This document shows, piece by piece, positions 11,860 through 24,515 of a DNA stretch of 64,000 bases. How positions within the stretch are numbered: position 1 is the stretch's first letter; each line of letters begins with the position of its first letter. The notes below the pieces were generated by a model. The model did no database searches, had not been told where the DNA came from, and saw only the letters and a list, made by a program, of their open reading frames with translations. This DNA is from Haplodiscus bocki (lineage: Eukaryota), in NCBI GenBank assembly GCA_965655095.1, contig OZ296650.1:97960001-98024000 (forward strand), given 5' to 3'. The translations under genes were made by a program, and so were the position numbers.

Positions 11860-14800
11860 TTATGTTCGATGTTGAGAATGACTTTTCTCCAAAATGCCAC
11901 AGTTGAACTCTTTTAACAAGGTCTCAATTGACAACATTCAACTTGAAGAGAGCTATTCGATTTGATAACTGATCGATTTTTTTGGCCTTGGAACCCTGAT
12001 ACACTGAAAACGCCAATAAGTGCCTTTTGTTTTTAAAGATATCCAAGTTCGATAACATATTTCTGTGTAGCTACATGCTCGGTTTCTTCCGTCAATGTCT
12101 AAATTGCCAGCATTTAACTTTCAGAGGACGATGTCGGATGCAAAAATCTTGGAATTTGTTCCTTCGTCGGAATCTTGTGATGGGTCGAAGAATGCACAAA
12201 AAGTTATTAATAACGACAGATCTCGATCTTCAAACTCATATTACTCTATAGCCGTTGATTTCAAATGTTCCATCAAGGTTTTATTCAGCAGCTTACAAAT
12301 AAAAGACTATGAGAACAAAATACATACGGTGCGATTCTTCCGATGAAACCCCCCTTGTCCCAAAATTGCTTGAAATAACGAGAGCACTCTTTCAGCAAAC
12401 TCATATTCATTCGACACTCACAGCTTTGATCCAGCTGGAAAGATCTTAATCAAAAGCTCTTTCGTTGAGGAGGACTATTCGAGACGTAAATCAAGTAAGT
12501 CCTTTGTGTCAGAATGTTCATAGGCCGAAAGAAACAAAAAAAATCAAACAAAAAAGATCTCAATATTTAAAATCATATTTCTACAATACTACCAGCTTGA
12601 CGTCTACCATCGGGGCCTCAATCGTAAACATTTTACTTGAAGAAAGTTTCGAAATAGAAAAAGCCTACTTTTGGTGCTTTCAGTCGGCATGCTGATAGTA
12701 GACAATGGCAGAAACTGACATGTCTCGATATTCTAATTAATCTCTCTCGCGAACTAATGGGACGACCTCGTATTCCATCAAGTTCGCAATCATTAACTTT
12801 TTCCTTCAGCGAGACTATTCGACAGACAATTCCTTAACATCTCCCTTGCGTCAAAATCTTGAATGTCCAAACTGCCAGGCATTAATAATACTAAACTTTG
12901 ACATCTCTCGATAGTCAAGTTCAAATTTCTACTCCAATACCACCTCCCTCAAAACTGAAGAGGCCTGAGCGAACGGCTTTTAACTGAGAAGGACTCAGCA
13001 AAAGGAAAAAGACCGTTTTTTTCATTGCTTGTGAACTCAGATACACCGAAAAATGCTATTTCTAATTAAAGCTTTCGTTTTTCAAATTCAAAATTCACCA
13101 GATCCACTAGTTTGACTTTCTCTATCAGGTGTTAAATGATAACTTTATACTTGCGAGCGAAGACGCCATCACAAATCATCGGTGATGTTCGTAACGGCTG
13201 GATCCATCTAGTAAAAAAATTGCCAATAAAACTGACATAGTCTGATATTTAAACTCATATTCTCCAAAATTACAAGTTTGGCTTTTTTCAACTAGGACTC
13301 AATCAACACATTTTTGATTGAAGAGGAAGAATAAATGAAAAACGATCTTGCTCGGTGTTTCGGAATCCTGATACTCAAAAATGCCAAGTGCCAATAGCAT
13401 TAACTTATATCGATATTTAAATTCAAATTAATCCATAACTGTCGGCCTGATTTCAGCCGTCACGGTCTCAATCATGAACTTTCTTATTTTCGAGAACTAT
13501 TCGATAAAAAAATATTGGGATATGTTCATTCTGTCGGAATCCTGGTAGTCCGTAGACAGCCAAAGTGTCATTAATTTTGACATGAAACGTTTTCCATACT
13601 CAAATTTCTTTAACGCTACCTGCTTCATTCCTCCTGCGAGAGTCTGAAAGAACTTCTTTCTAGTTGGAAAGAGGACTAGGCGCCAGAAAAATCAACGAAT
13701 CCTTTTATTTGTCAAATTCTCGAGTCTGCCAAAAAAAATTCTAATGATAATTAGGGACCTCGGAATTCGAAACCATGTTTCTCCACAACTACGGCCTAAT
13801 TTTTAGCATCAAGGTCTCAATCGAGAGCTCTCTAGTCGAGGGGATAAATAGGAAAGAAAAATCATTGATTATAATATTTACATCCGAGTCGTGACAGTCC
13901 AAAAAAAAACAAAACTACCATGGACATATCCCGATATTCGAATTCAGATTTCACCATGACCAGAGGCTTGATTTCTTTCATCACGGTCTCAATCAGAAGC
14001 TTTGCACTTGAGAGAACACTGGATTAGGAAATCATCAATTTTCATCTTCCCTTCGGAATCCTGACATTTCCAAAATTGCTGGTAGTATTGACAGATCACG
14101 AATTGCAAGTTCTTCTTTCTTCAAACCTATTGCCTTGACATCTTTCCTCAGAATCTGAATCTGTAGCCTTTTACATGTTGAGAGCAATGCAATTAGAAAA
14201 TTATTGAGTTCCTCTTTTCCGTTGGAATTCTGAGATTCGAAAGGCAAAAACTGATAACAAGAATTGAAAATCTCGATTTTCGAGTTCACATTACTCCATG
14301 GCTACTGGCATCAATTCTTTCATCTACGTTCTAAGCAGCAGCTTTCTACATGTTGATGCCTATGCGATTAAAATAAACACGGTGAGATTCATTCGGTGAA
14401 ATTCCTTTTGTCCGAAAATTGCTTGAAATAACGAGAGCACTCCTTCATCAAACTCATTTTCATTCGACACTCACAGCTTCGCTCTAGCAGGAAAGGCCTC
14501 AATCAAAAGCTCCTTCATTGAGGAGGACTATTCGACAGATAAATCATCAAGTATGTCCTTTGTGTCAGAATGTTGATAGGCCAAAAGCGCCAAAAAAATC
14601 TAATAAAAAAGATCTCGATATTTAAAATCATATTTCCACAAAACTACCAGCTTGACTTCTTCCGTCAATCGTAAACTTTTTACTTGGCGAAGACTTCGAA
14701 ATATGAAAAACCTACATTTGATGCTTTCAGTTGGAAACCAAATAAAAGAAAACAGCAAAAACGCAATCAAAACTGACATGTCTCGTATTCAAATTCATTA

Positions 14801-15730
14801 TTCTGCAGAACTAATGGCACGACCTCGTATTTCATCAAGTTCTCAATCATTAACTTTTCCTTTTAGCAGGACTAGTCAACAGACAATTCTTCCAATTCGC
14901 CCTTGTTCCGAAATCTTGAATGTCCAAACTGCCAGGTGTTAATAACACTACAAACTTTGAAATATCTCGATATTCAAGTTCATATTTCTTCTTCAATACC
15001 ACCTGCTTCACTCTTGCAGATGTCTGAGTGAACGGCTTTTTACTTATGGAGGACTCTGCGTTGAAGATTTTTTCTTTGCGGTTGAATTGAGACAGACCAA
15101 AAATGCAAGAAAATGCAATTAACATTTACATATTTCGGTTTCCAAACTCATAATTCCCCAGACCCACCAGTTTGACTTCCTCCATCAGGTGTTAATTGAC
15201 AACTTTATACTTGTGAAGGAAAATGCGATCACAAATCATCGGTATTGTTCGTTCTGGCGGAATACTGTCAGAACAAATAATGCCATCAAAACTGACATAA
15301 ATTGATATTAAAACTCATATTTCACCAAAACTACAAGCTTGACTTCATCCATCAAGGATTCAATCATCACCTTTCTGCTTGAATGAAAAAAATCAATGAA
15401 AAAATGAACAATCTTGCTTGTTCTTTCGGAATTCTGATAGTCTTAGAATGCCAAGTGCTATTAATTTTGACTCATGTCGATTTTCAAATCAATATTTCTC
15501 CGTAACTATCGGCTTCATTCATTCCATCAAGGTGTTAATTGAAAGCTATCTATCTCTGGAGATTAGTTTGAGTAGGAAATCTTTGATTTTCTCTCGAACA
15601 TCATAATCCTGATACGTTGAACATGCCGAAAAATGCGTTAAGTATTGTTGTTTTGCTATATTCAAACTCATAATTTTTTAACTCTACAGACTTGAATACT
15701 TCAACAAGGTCCAATTAGACAGCTTCATTT
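11860..15730. repeat. Diverged ~171-bp tandem satellite (~22 monomers) with a ~2.05-kb higher-order duplication
   Basis: The motif ATCTCGATATTCAAACTCATA...CATCAAGGTCTCAATC...GTCGGAATCCTGA recurs at about 12220, 12390, 12555, 12722, 12905, 13075, 13242, 13410, 13586, 13757, 13930, 14096, 14270, 14440, 14611, 14780, 14964, 15133, 15302, 15476 and 15655. Block ~12350-13500 is much closer to ~14400-15600 than neighbouring monomers are to each other. Confidence 0.85.
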
Positions 15731-16806
15731 TTCAAAATTCTGTGAAAGTAGTTAATTATATGTTCGATTAATCGTTTCTGTGCTTCTTTGACGAAAACTA
15801 TCGCCGCTCGACTGCGTCTCTTGTTTTGTATTCGATCGTTTATTTGCAAAGTTATGATTGTCAGATTTTGCTCATCAATTGCTTTTTACTCGGCGCTTTG
15901 GTTATTCATAAAAAGCTCAACTATTACAGTTTTTTCGAAGACCTGATACTGCATAAAACCTTTCTCCTATGAAATTGTACGTTTTTAGTACATGCGTTCT
16001 CAAAGTTTTTATAACGAATCAAAAACACCCATATGGTACATACAGATAACATGTACGTGCAAAAAAATTAGCTTAGCCAAAAGTGAACAATTTTTTCCAA
16101 AGCCCGGATATCGCGCACAAAACTTGGGAAGAGTTGGACCTTTCTGATACCTCACTGCATGAACCATTTTTTTTCATGAAAAAGTATAACAAAATTTTTG
16201 AATTGATTTTTTCAGGCAATGATTAGGTAACCAAAAAACGCGATTATACCAAAATTTTTGTTAGAAAGACTAAAATTCCACAAAAAGGGGTCACCAGGGA
16301 TATTTTGAGCCTTTCAGTTTGAGCATCAACTTGGGCCATTCTCGGCTTGTTCCTTGCAGAACTGACCAACTATCTTTCCGAAGAAAATTTGATAGCACGT
16401 ATTAGTAGCTGTCTCCTCTACAAAGCTATCACAAAAATCGATTTTGCTCATTTTTGTCTCGAATGCTTAAAATATTACCAAAAATTTTAGGTAATATTAC
16501 CAAGAAAGGTTAGTTGCAATTTAAAATGTTTTCGTTATTTGCGAAGAGGGCGCGACTAGAATGTGGGCAAAGCAATTCAATTGAGCTAAGAAGCGTGGCA
16601 GGCGAAAAAGAAGACAAAACGGTTAAAATAGGTATTCGGAAATAAATATGAAGAAGGTGCTCTTCTAGCAATGTGCTTCATAATCTGTTCCCGAAAAACA
16701 CTCAATTGCCAATAAACAATTGAAATTCGAATGATAAATAACTAGACGGACAAAACCCAAAACTTCATCAGCAAACGGTCAATGAAAATACGGTGAATGA
16801 AAGCTC

Positions 16807-17475
16807 TCAATCATCCATGTAACTTCGAACAAGTCTCGAAATTTCCATTTCCGTTGCCAGCGACACTGCCAACTTTTCATCTTTATTCAGAATTTTGGGG
16901 TCGGCGCCAGCCTTCAATAAAGATGCACAGATTTTGTGATGATTCCCTTCACACGCCAAATGCAGAGGCGTATTGCCTTCGCAGTCAGTCGAATTAATCT
17001 GCGCTTTAAACTGCAGTAACAAATCGGTGACTTCTGAATGACCCACAGAACAAGACCTATGTAGAGGAGTAGCACCGTAAGTATCAGCGACAGATGGGTT
17101 GCACCCGTTTTGCAGAAGCAATTGAAGCACTTGTAATCTGTTTTTGGAACTAGCATAGTGAAGAGGAGATTGACCAGTTTGGTTTTGTTGGTCTAGTTTG
17201 ATACCATAGTGCACTAGTATTTGCAGGATTTCTATGGCGCCCGTTGAAGCACAGATATGCGCACATGTCCAGAGGGTGTCATCAGGTTGGTTGGGGTCGC
17301 ATCCGAGAAACAGTAGTTGTTTGACAATGGAGATGCTTCCACCAAGACATGCCCACATCAGAGCGGGTCTTCCGCTTTTGGTAGCAGTAAGAGCTAATGT
17401 CGAGTTATCCAGAAGCACTTTCTCGACAAGTTCTTCTTTCTTTTCTAGGCAGTAATCGCAAAACTGATCATCCAT
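16807..17475 (-). CDS. PSMD10: 26S proteasome non-ATPase regulatory subunit 10 (gankyrin/Nas6), ankyrin-repeat chaperone
   Basis: 222 aa of ankyrin repeats with gankyrin-like strings LMWAC, PLHYASSKNR, GATPLHR, EGNTPLHLACE and NKDEK. Length is similar to gankyrin and the ORF is intact. Confidence 0.9.
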   Translation of the reverse strand: MDDQFCDYCLEKKEELVEKVLLDNSTLALTATKSGRPALMWACLGGSISIVKQLLFLGCDPNQPDDTLWTCAHICASTGAIEILQILVHYGIKLDQQNQTGQSPLHYASSKNRLQVLQLLLQNGCNPSVADTYGATPLHRSCSVGHSEVTDLLLQFKAQINSTDCEGNTPLHLACEGNHHKICASLLKAGADPKILNKDEKLAVSLATEMEISRLVRSYMDD

Positions 17476-17661
17476 TACTGAAATTCAGTTATAGTAGCAC
17501 TAAGCCAACTGATGTTTTCAGCAATAATTTGAGAACACAAAGGCAATATAGAATTCAATGCTTAAAGGTCCTCACTCAAGTCATCGATCGTCGTGATTCA
17601 TCATTCTTCAGCTATTCTTCTAATGCTCAAGTTGAACAAACCAGGAATAGCTAGTCGAGAC

Positions 17662-19022
17662 CAGGGATGGTCAACAATTAATTGCATTGCAATTAATTGC
17701 AATTATTGCATTGCAATTAAGTAATTGCAAGGGTAGAAACATTGCAATTATTAATTGCAACGGCCGCAATGAATTGCAATTACATTGCTATTATGGTATG
17801 TCTATTTCCCTGAAATAAGCAGCTTTTATTTGCTTCATATTACCATTTCTCAGAAATATAAGCCGTATTGTTCCGTTGTCTTATTACATGTCCGCTTTGT
17901 TGTATCATTATACTTATCCGCTTTGCTTCTAGATACAATGCCTGCCCAGAACGTTAAAGCAATCGTCAAGCGGTATTTTACGGAGTTCCCGGAAGATAAC
18001 AGCAAATGGAAGTGTAGATGTGGGAAGATACTGACCCAAAAGCCGAACACAGGTTGGAGCAATCTGTTTCAGCATATCAAAAGTCAGCATTCCGACTATT
18101 TACAGGACTCTCAGTCAACACCAAAGTTTTGTAGTATCAAAGCCAGCTAGCACGAAAAAGGCAGCGAATATTTACTCCTGGCTAGAATGGATATGCTGTG
18201 GCCTCAAGCCATTCAACTTTGTGGAAATCGAGCTGATGCGGAAATACTGTAACTTGGCGCCCATTGCGGAAAATACGCTGAAGGAATATATGGATATCGT
18301 GACAAAAGAGGTGGAAGTTGTGATTAAAACCAAGCTGCCCCATCGGTTTGTACTAGTGACTCATTTCGTTGGTGTATTTGCTTCCTATTCTTGTGAAAAC
18401 AATTTGGGATATGAGTCAGCATTACTATCGTTTTCACTGCTGCTAACGGAAACAAGTTTCAACGCCAGGGACCATTACGACTACCTTGAATAGGTATTAG
18501 GGTTGTACAACTAGACATTCGAAAATGTTGTGGTCAAACTACGCGGTCTAAAACTCTGGCAAACTCCGGAAACTTACCGATCTGCGGCCTGTTTACAAAA
18601 ATGACACACGATGGCTCAGTGTTTATGAGGAAGAAGATTTCGCCAGCTCAATCATCAAGAAGCGAAGGCAGGAGTGCAAGACAAAGAGCCCAGATAGAAT
18701 GTACATCGACACTCGATTTTTACTGCCGACATCCAATATCCTTGAACGTTTTTTCAGCCTTGCAGATATCACGTATTCTGATATCCGACAACGTCTACTG
18801 CCACAAAACTTGGAAATGCAACTCTTCCTGAAGATAAACAAAAAGTTTGGGACACTTGATGTAGTGGAAAAGTGCGTAAATTCAGTTGATACCTGAATAT
18901 ATCCTTTTGCTGGCTATTTGTTTTCAACGTTGAAATAAATGCAATTATTAATTTTTAAGTTGCTAACATTGCAAGGTATGAAAATAATTGCAAGGAGTGC
19001 ATTTATATTCTGACCATCCCTG
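17662..19022 (+). mobile_element. hAT-superfamily DNA transposon, internally deleted and defective
   Basis: Perfect 12-bp TIRs CAGGGATGGTCA/TGACCATCCCTG. 8-bp TSD GTCGAGAC (17654-17661) and GTTGAGAC (19023-19030). Subterminal AATTGC/TTGCAA arrays at both ends. Confidence 0.93.
17938..18896 (+). pseudogene. Fragmented hAT transposase
   Basis: BED zinc finger (YF...WKCRCGK...WSNLFQHIKSQH) from the ATG at 17938 and a C-terminal hAT dimerisation motif (PTSNILERFFS...RQRLLPQNLEMQLFLK). Frameshifts, stops and loss of most of the catalytic core. Confidence 0.85.
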
Positions 19023-20949
19023 GTTGAGACGGCCCCCACGGTTCAAAACACATTGTTCTTTTGAAAAGTTATTTCAAGAAAATTCATCATACCAAGGATA
19101 ATAAGCATTAAGCGCTTAAATTTGGCATAGTAAAACACAGATACGAAGCGGAACTTCGGAATACATTTTAACTAGTCAGTTAAAATCAGTGATGAACAGT
19201 ACACATGCAAGACTCAGAGATATTTGGAGCCATGATCAGAGATGTGATTGACACTTTAGAGAAAATTACAAGAGCTGTCGATCATACAATTGATTTGAAG
19301 TCGTCCGCGTTGAAGAGACCTGTCTACGTGTATCGTACTCCAAAATTTGGCCTGTCAATCAGTTTTTTAGATTACATTTTACGACCCAATGTTTAAATTA
19401 TTCGAACAGTAAACAGAGCAAAGACGAACAAATACTCGCCTACACTGTCTCAATCACAACATTGATATATCGAACAATACCTTTGGGGACGCTGAAGTTC
19501 ATTTTTCAGACTAATGTTATTCATTCATTAATAGCATAGATATTAGCAAGGCATACACACGGGAAGAAGTCAGCCAATTTTACATTAATTGACTGCTATT
19601 TTTGGAAAAGTAGAACACACTTAATGCGAATAAAATTTTCAGTTTAGAGAAAATATTAATGACTTATCAATCACGCGGAAGTGACCTCCATTAAGTTGCA
19701 TCACTTGAAGGTGATGCAACGTATTCGAGTTCACTTTTGCGATCTGATCACAATTGACTAAAATGGACATCATTGACATCCGCAAGGTTTCATGAAGTCA
19801 GCACGGAATATTTACTTAAGAAGCAAAAGATTCAATTCAAGAGATGAATTAAGCAAAAAGGAACAAGAGGCACATCAGCGCTGCGATAGTTGCCGTCGAT
19901 GGGGTGCTGACATATCGAAAATACGTGATCAATTTGACTAAGAGACCCAGTACTTTGGAGGGAACGTGGTTTCAAAGTAACAAAAACAGGAATTACAGTT
20001 TTGGTCATTTCAGGCCATGAAGCTCTCAACCTAAATTATTCAACCGTAGACCTTTCACAAACAGCTGTCAATAAAGACCTTGATGGAAGAAATTCAACCC
20101 CGTAGTTATGGCAAAAAATGAAGTTGGATTGAGTGAATATCATGACTTGTTACAATTTTGGAAGGGTGGACCTATCAGGATCTCTATGTTAGGCAGATAC
20201 TTTCATTCAATTACAATTTATAACTACAACGCTGCTGATTGAGATCTTGATGAAAAATGCCGGTAATTTCGGGTGAACAGTCATTGAAAAATGATTTCAA
20301 CGGGCGCCAGAAAAAACGCCGAGGATTTTCCGAACAGAAATCAGGAAATTTCGTCAGAAAATTATGAAGAAGTTAATCAGTGCCACTGTACCCACCACAA
20401 GGTAATAAGAGGTCAAAGTATTACCGGATGGACGCGTTCCGATCGATAGTCTTAAGCAAACACTACAAGAACGACGCAAGTAAAAAATATGTCAAGTTTG
20501 TAATCACAAGTCAAAATTTATTGACAGGAAAATACGATGTAATTAACCCCAGCCACTCTACAGGACCACTATGTAGCAAGATGTCCAATTAGCACTGCAT
20601 GGACACAATTTAATCAAAACTCCCGGAAAAAAACACTTGGGGAACGATTAAAGTGAAGACATCGTTGATTTTCTAATTACAAGTTAATTTTCCTCAAGTT
20701 TTTTCCAGAGTTCAAGCACCTCACCTCAATTCTTTCCCACGTAGTCTGATAATACGTTTCGTGAAAAAACTTTTGAGCAGCAGCAACGCGGCAGAAAAAA
20801 TAGCAACACAAGCGGGAACGAATATACTGCCAGCAAGAACGCATACGTCGTAAGTTTTGAACGGATCGGAAAAAAGGTTGACAATCATACTCCATGACAC
20901 CTGCTATTCAATAGTTCAACACAGAAGCGAAACAGAACTTCGCAAAGCT

Positions 20950-22350
20950 GGCAACCAAGAACCATACAAATAATTGACAACTAGAATTATCAGTATTGGA
21001 AACAAACACAGGAAAACTTAAACTTCGTAGAACTTCTAAGAGTATGAAAAACAATTTCCTAAATTTTCTCAGCAGCATTGAACGGTGATACAAAGTGATA
21101 AAGATTCATCTAAGAAGGAGGTTGTTAAAATCCCAGAACTTCCAATAATGGACTTTTCTCTGAAAAACATGGAAACGATGTAAGAAAAGCTTTGGGAAAA
21201 AAACGAAGTTGAAGTTCTTGTGAGATCCAAAAACAACGTCACATAATTTGGAAAAGAAAAAATACAAAAAGGCAGTCACTGACGCTGAGCAGCTCAGCTC
21301 TACAACTTGGCGGAGAATTGAACAGATGGCTATCCTTTAGGTATTCTCCAAAAAAGAAAGCCTGGTGAAAGACGCAAGTGAAAATAATTTTGAATTACCA
21401 ATCACATAATGATGATTTGAATTTCAGTTATATCCAAGGAAAAGTAAGAAAAATGCAAATCCTACTACTTATCAGACAATCTACATTGCAAGTGTTCCGC
21501 AATGTCTATCAGTGCTCCAGATCGGCTACCTTCTTATTGAGATTAACACTTTAAAGCAGGCACAAATCTTGATATTTCAGAATTTGGAAACGCAAGTAGT
21601 TAAATCGCGGAAGCTGTGAAGTAGAGATCCGTTTTGACAAAGAAGTGTCAGAAAATAGGCGAAATCATTAATTGACTCACTGGGTGAACACGGTTGATAA
21701 AGTGCAAAAGATTTGAAATTTTGCCACAATTAGTATTTTTTTGGAAGTATTGTCGACAAGAAGCACCTTAAAGACCGACTCAAAATCTAAAGAACTTGAA
21801 TGGAGGCCATTAGGTGTTACAGATTTTTTCCGTGCAGTGGGTTGATGAAAATGCAATGGATGAGTTCAATCCCAACATGTATTCCGATCAAAATAAATTT
21901 GGAAAAAAAACTACTGAAATGTTCTCGAAAATTCAAGGACAAGTAAGGACATTTATCGCATTACGGACCCAAATGTTTCGCAGAAACCTACTTTCAGTTT
22001 GGAAAAAAATTAGTAGGAAACTTATGATTGTAACTGAGCAGCAGCCAGTATGACATGAAGTCGCAAGCGTGTTTACTACAAAAATTTTTGGGGCGTTTCA
22101 GGTACAAAAAAACCTTGAAGACCGATTTTTGAAATTTGGCAACCCTTATGAAATTCTGCATTCTGCAATGAACAAATTGACCCGAGAAAATTAGTGAAAA
22201 CGCAGCCAGAACCGAGTAAGAATTGAGTGATTACGCAATCAATGTCAGTTGTGAACGATAAAAACGTGGGTCGGCAGTAATAAGGTGCCGTTTGCCAGCT
22301 TAAGATGGTCGAGTTGAGACAATAACTCTCTCAGTGTCTCATACTCGAAC
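20950..22350 (+). mobile_element. Possible heavily decayed LTR-retrotransposon gag-pro-RT remnant
   Basis: Only faint motifs: a Cys/His knuckle-like stretch at ~21480-21520 and RT-like 'AFQV...EDR' at ~22090-22125. No LTRs found. Confidence 0.3.
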
Positions 22351-23210
22351 ATTTCATCTGTCAATCATGCCTTCTGAGGTTACGCCACTTTGCAGCCCAA
22401 AGTTAAAGCGATTCGCGCAGAAAAAATCGGTAACGAACAAATACCCACCCACACTGTTTTATATTCAAAACATTGACATCTCAAACAAGACCTGTCTGGA
22501 CGCTGATGTTCATTTTGCAGACTAAGTTCGAAAAATACCATTTGTCAGTTGGTTTGTTAACAATTGTGAGGTTTTTTTACGAAAAATATTTAGATTTTGA
22601 AAAGTTGGAAAACTTAATGAAGTTTTTTTCCAAAAGTAACGCTTTCATGCATCTAAATGAACTCTTTAACAAAATTGGAGGGCAGAAAATATGCCGGTGG
22701 TAGCTGGGTGTCGTCTTTTGCATACATTCAAATTGAATTGTCACTCAGCATCAACCGTAAATGAAAGAAATAAAAGCGTTTATATTTGCTCAGCTGTAAT
22801 AGCGGGAATTGATTTTACGCACCTGGACTATGCTAAGCGTGCTACTGATTTGTCTCTACCCCGACACATTAGTCCCTGTTTTGCTACAGTAATTTACTAT
22901 AAATTTATTTCACTTCTGGAACTTCAAAACCTTCATACTAATAATCCACATAATCAGTGACCTCTGCTGTCTCAGCTTTATTTCGTGATTTTTGGAAGAA
23001 AAACAACTATGCTACATTAAATTCATGCATACTACGAGCAGTTTCACAAGACAGTTCAACAATGAACAAGAAAATGATGTCTCTCTTTGAGCAATACAAT
23101 TCTATCACTTAGGTAGCTCTGAAAAGTAGCTGGGAGTGTAATCAATACAACTTCCATCTTTTGCAAACAACATCTACTCAAATATCACGTCCAATACAAC
23201 CACATTCTAT

Positions 23211-24515
23211 TTAAGGACATTTCTTTTCCACGATATTCTTACCAGTTTCTTCAAACTCTTGTTTAGAAATCCACAACTGATGGAACGAGCCAAGACTTCC
23301 CAAAATTGAGCCGCCAACCCACGTACTGAATCGCCTTTCTGCAGTTCCGCTGTTTGAAACGACCTTCAATTTCACATTAGAAGGAATTCTACTGCCCAAG
23401 TCTTTATTGAGTCTTTCAGTGAAGCCGAGAATTAAAGAGTTGCCACCAGTAACAATCACATTGCCATACAAAGCTGCCCGAATATCAATATCACACAACC
23501 CAACAGCGTTTTGCACAGCCTCGCCCATAGACAATGTTGTACTTGCAGATACACTGCCTGTACTTCCCACAGTTTTGATAGAGGAATGAGAGATGATCAT
23601 ACTGCAATCGAACAAACCCTCGGGAATTCTAAATCGCTCTTCTCCAAACGATGCATTATAGCCATTAGGAAAATCGTAAGAAACTCTTGGCATTTGCGAA
23701 ATAGATTCTTTATCATAGCACACGTCTGTATTAACTTGGAGAACACCGGCAGTGAAATCTTGTATCAAATCCTTCACCATAAAATCATGGTAAGAACATG
23801 TTGTCTTGCCAATGTTAGTTTTTTTCTTCCAAACAGGTGGTGCACCTTCGACAACCTGTTCCTTAGAGCCTACGCAATAAAGAGGGACTAATTCGACATC
23901 TGAGCTTTTGAAATACTCAATACATTGCCTAGTTATGAAGTCGCCAGCTAAAGGGCTTCTAACAATTCCATTTTTTAGAACGTAGCCGTCATGCACCGGT
24001 ACTGCAGCAGTTTGCTCGGCTCCGCTGTCAAGAACAATTCCACAAGTCCGACCATGTGCGAAGGCAGCGAGAACTGGACTTTTGACTAAGAAAAAAGCAG
24101 GGATAGAAAATTTTTCAAACATAATTTCAGTCAACTTTTCGCGGTTGGATCTGCTGTTCCAAGCTGCTTCTGACATAACTACGGGGTGGAAAGAGCTCTG
24201 CGACTGTATAGAAAATGTATATAAATGCTCCAAAATTCGTTCGAAAAGCTCCCAGTCTGAAATCATGCCATCTTTAATAAGGTTCTCAATTTCCATATTC
24301 TCGATGGGTAGACGCACTTTATTAGTTCCAATATAGTACTTTCTTCCCGATGAACCATAGTTTATATCTTCCGGGTCCAAAGTTAACACTCCAATATTGG
24401 TAGGTAGGTCGGCTTTAGGCGTGTCTTCTCCAGCGAATCCAGCTCTGATACTATTGGACCCGAAATCAAAAACAACGCCTCCGATCTCATCTCCCCCGTA
24501 AATTCCACCACTCAT
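23211..24515 (-). CDS. ACTL6: Actin-like protein 6 (BAF53/Arp4), subunit of BAF, INO80 and NuA4 complexes
   Basis: 434-aa intact ORF beginning MSGGIYGGDEIGGVVFDFGS, with RAGFAGEDTPK, ERFRIPEGLFD and a C-terminus ERRFSTWVGGSILGSLGSFHQLWISKQEFEE...EKKCP. These termini are characteristic of BAF53/Arp4. Confidence 0.96.
   Translation of the reverse strand: MSGGIYGGDEIGGVVFDFGSNSIRAGFAGEDTPKADLPTNIGVLTLDPEDINYGSSGRKYYIGTNKVRLPIENMEIENLIKDGMISDWELFERILEHLYTFSIQSQSSFHPVVMSEAAWNSRSNREKLTEIMFEKFSIPAFFLVKSPVLAAFAHGRTCGIVLDSGAEQTAAVPVHDGYVLKNGIVRSPLAGDFITRQCIEYFKSSDVELVPLYCVGSKEQVVEGAPPVWKKKTNIGKTTCSYHDFMVKDLIQDFTAGVLQVNTDVCYDKESISQMPRVSYDFPNGYNASFGEERFRIPEGLFDCSMIISHSSIKTVGSTGSVSASTTLSMGEAVQNAVGLCDIDIRAALYGNVIVTGGNSLILGFTERLNKDLGSRIPSNVKLKVVSNSGTAERRFSTWVGGSILGSLGSFHQLWISKQEFEETGKNIVEKKCP

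Noticed and set aside
4299-15730. CRISPR-like appearance of the 15-bp arrays and the 171-bp array
   Set aside because: Units are head-to-tail without unique spacers, there are no cas genes, and the context is eukaryotic.
23407-24336. Short plus-strand ORFs overlapping ACTL6 (and similar ones over CYB5R, PSMD10 and gag-pol)
   Set aside because: They are antisense or alternate-frame shadows of real coding sequence with no recognisable domains.
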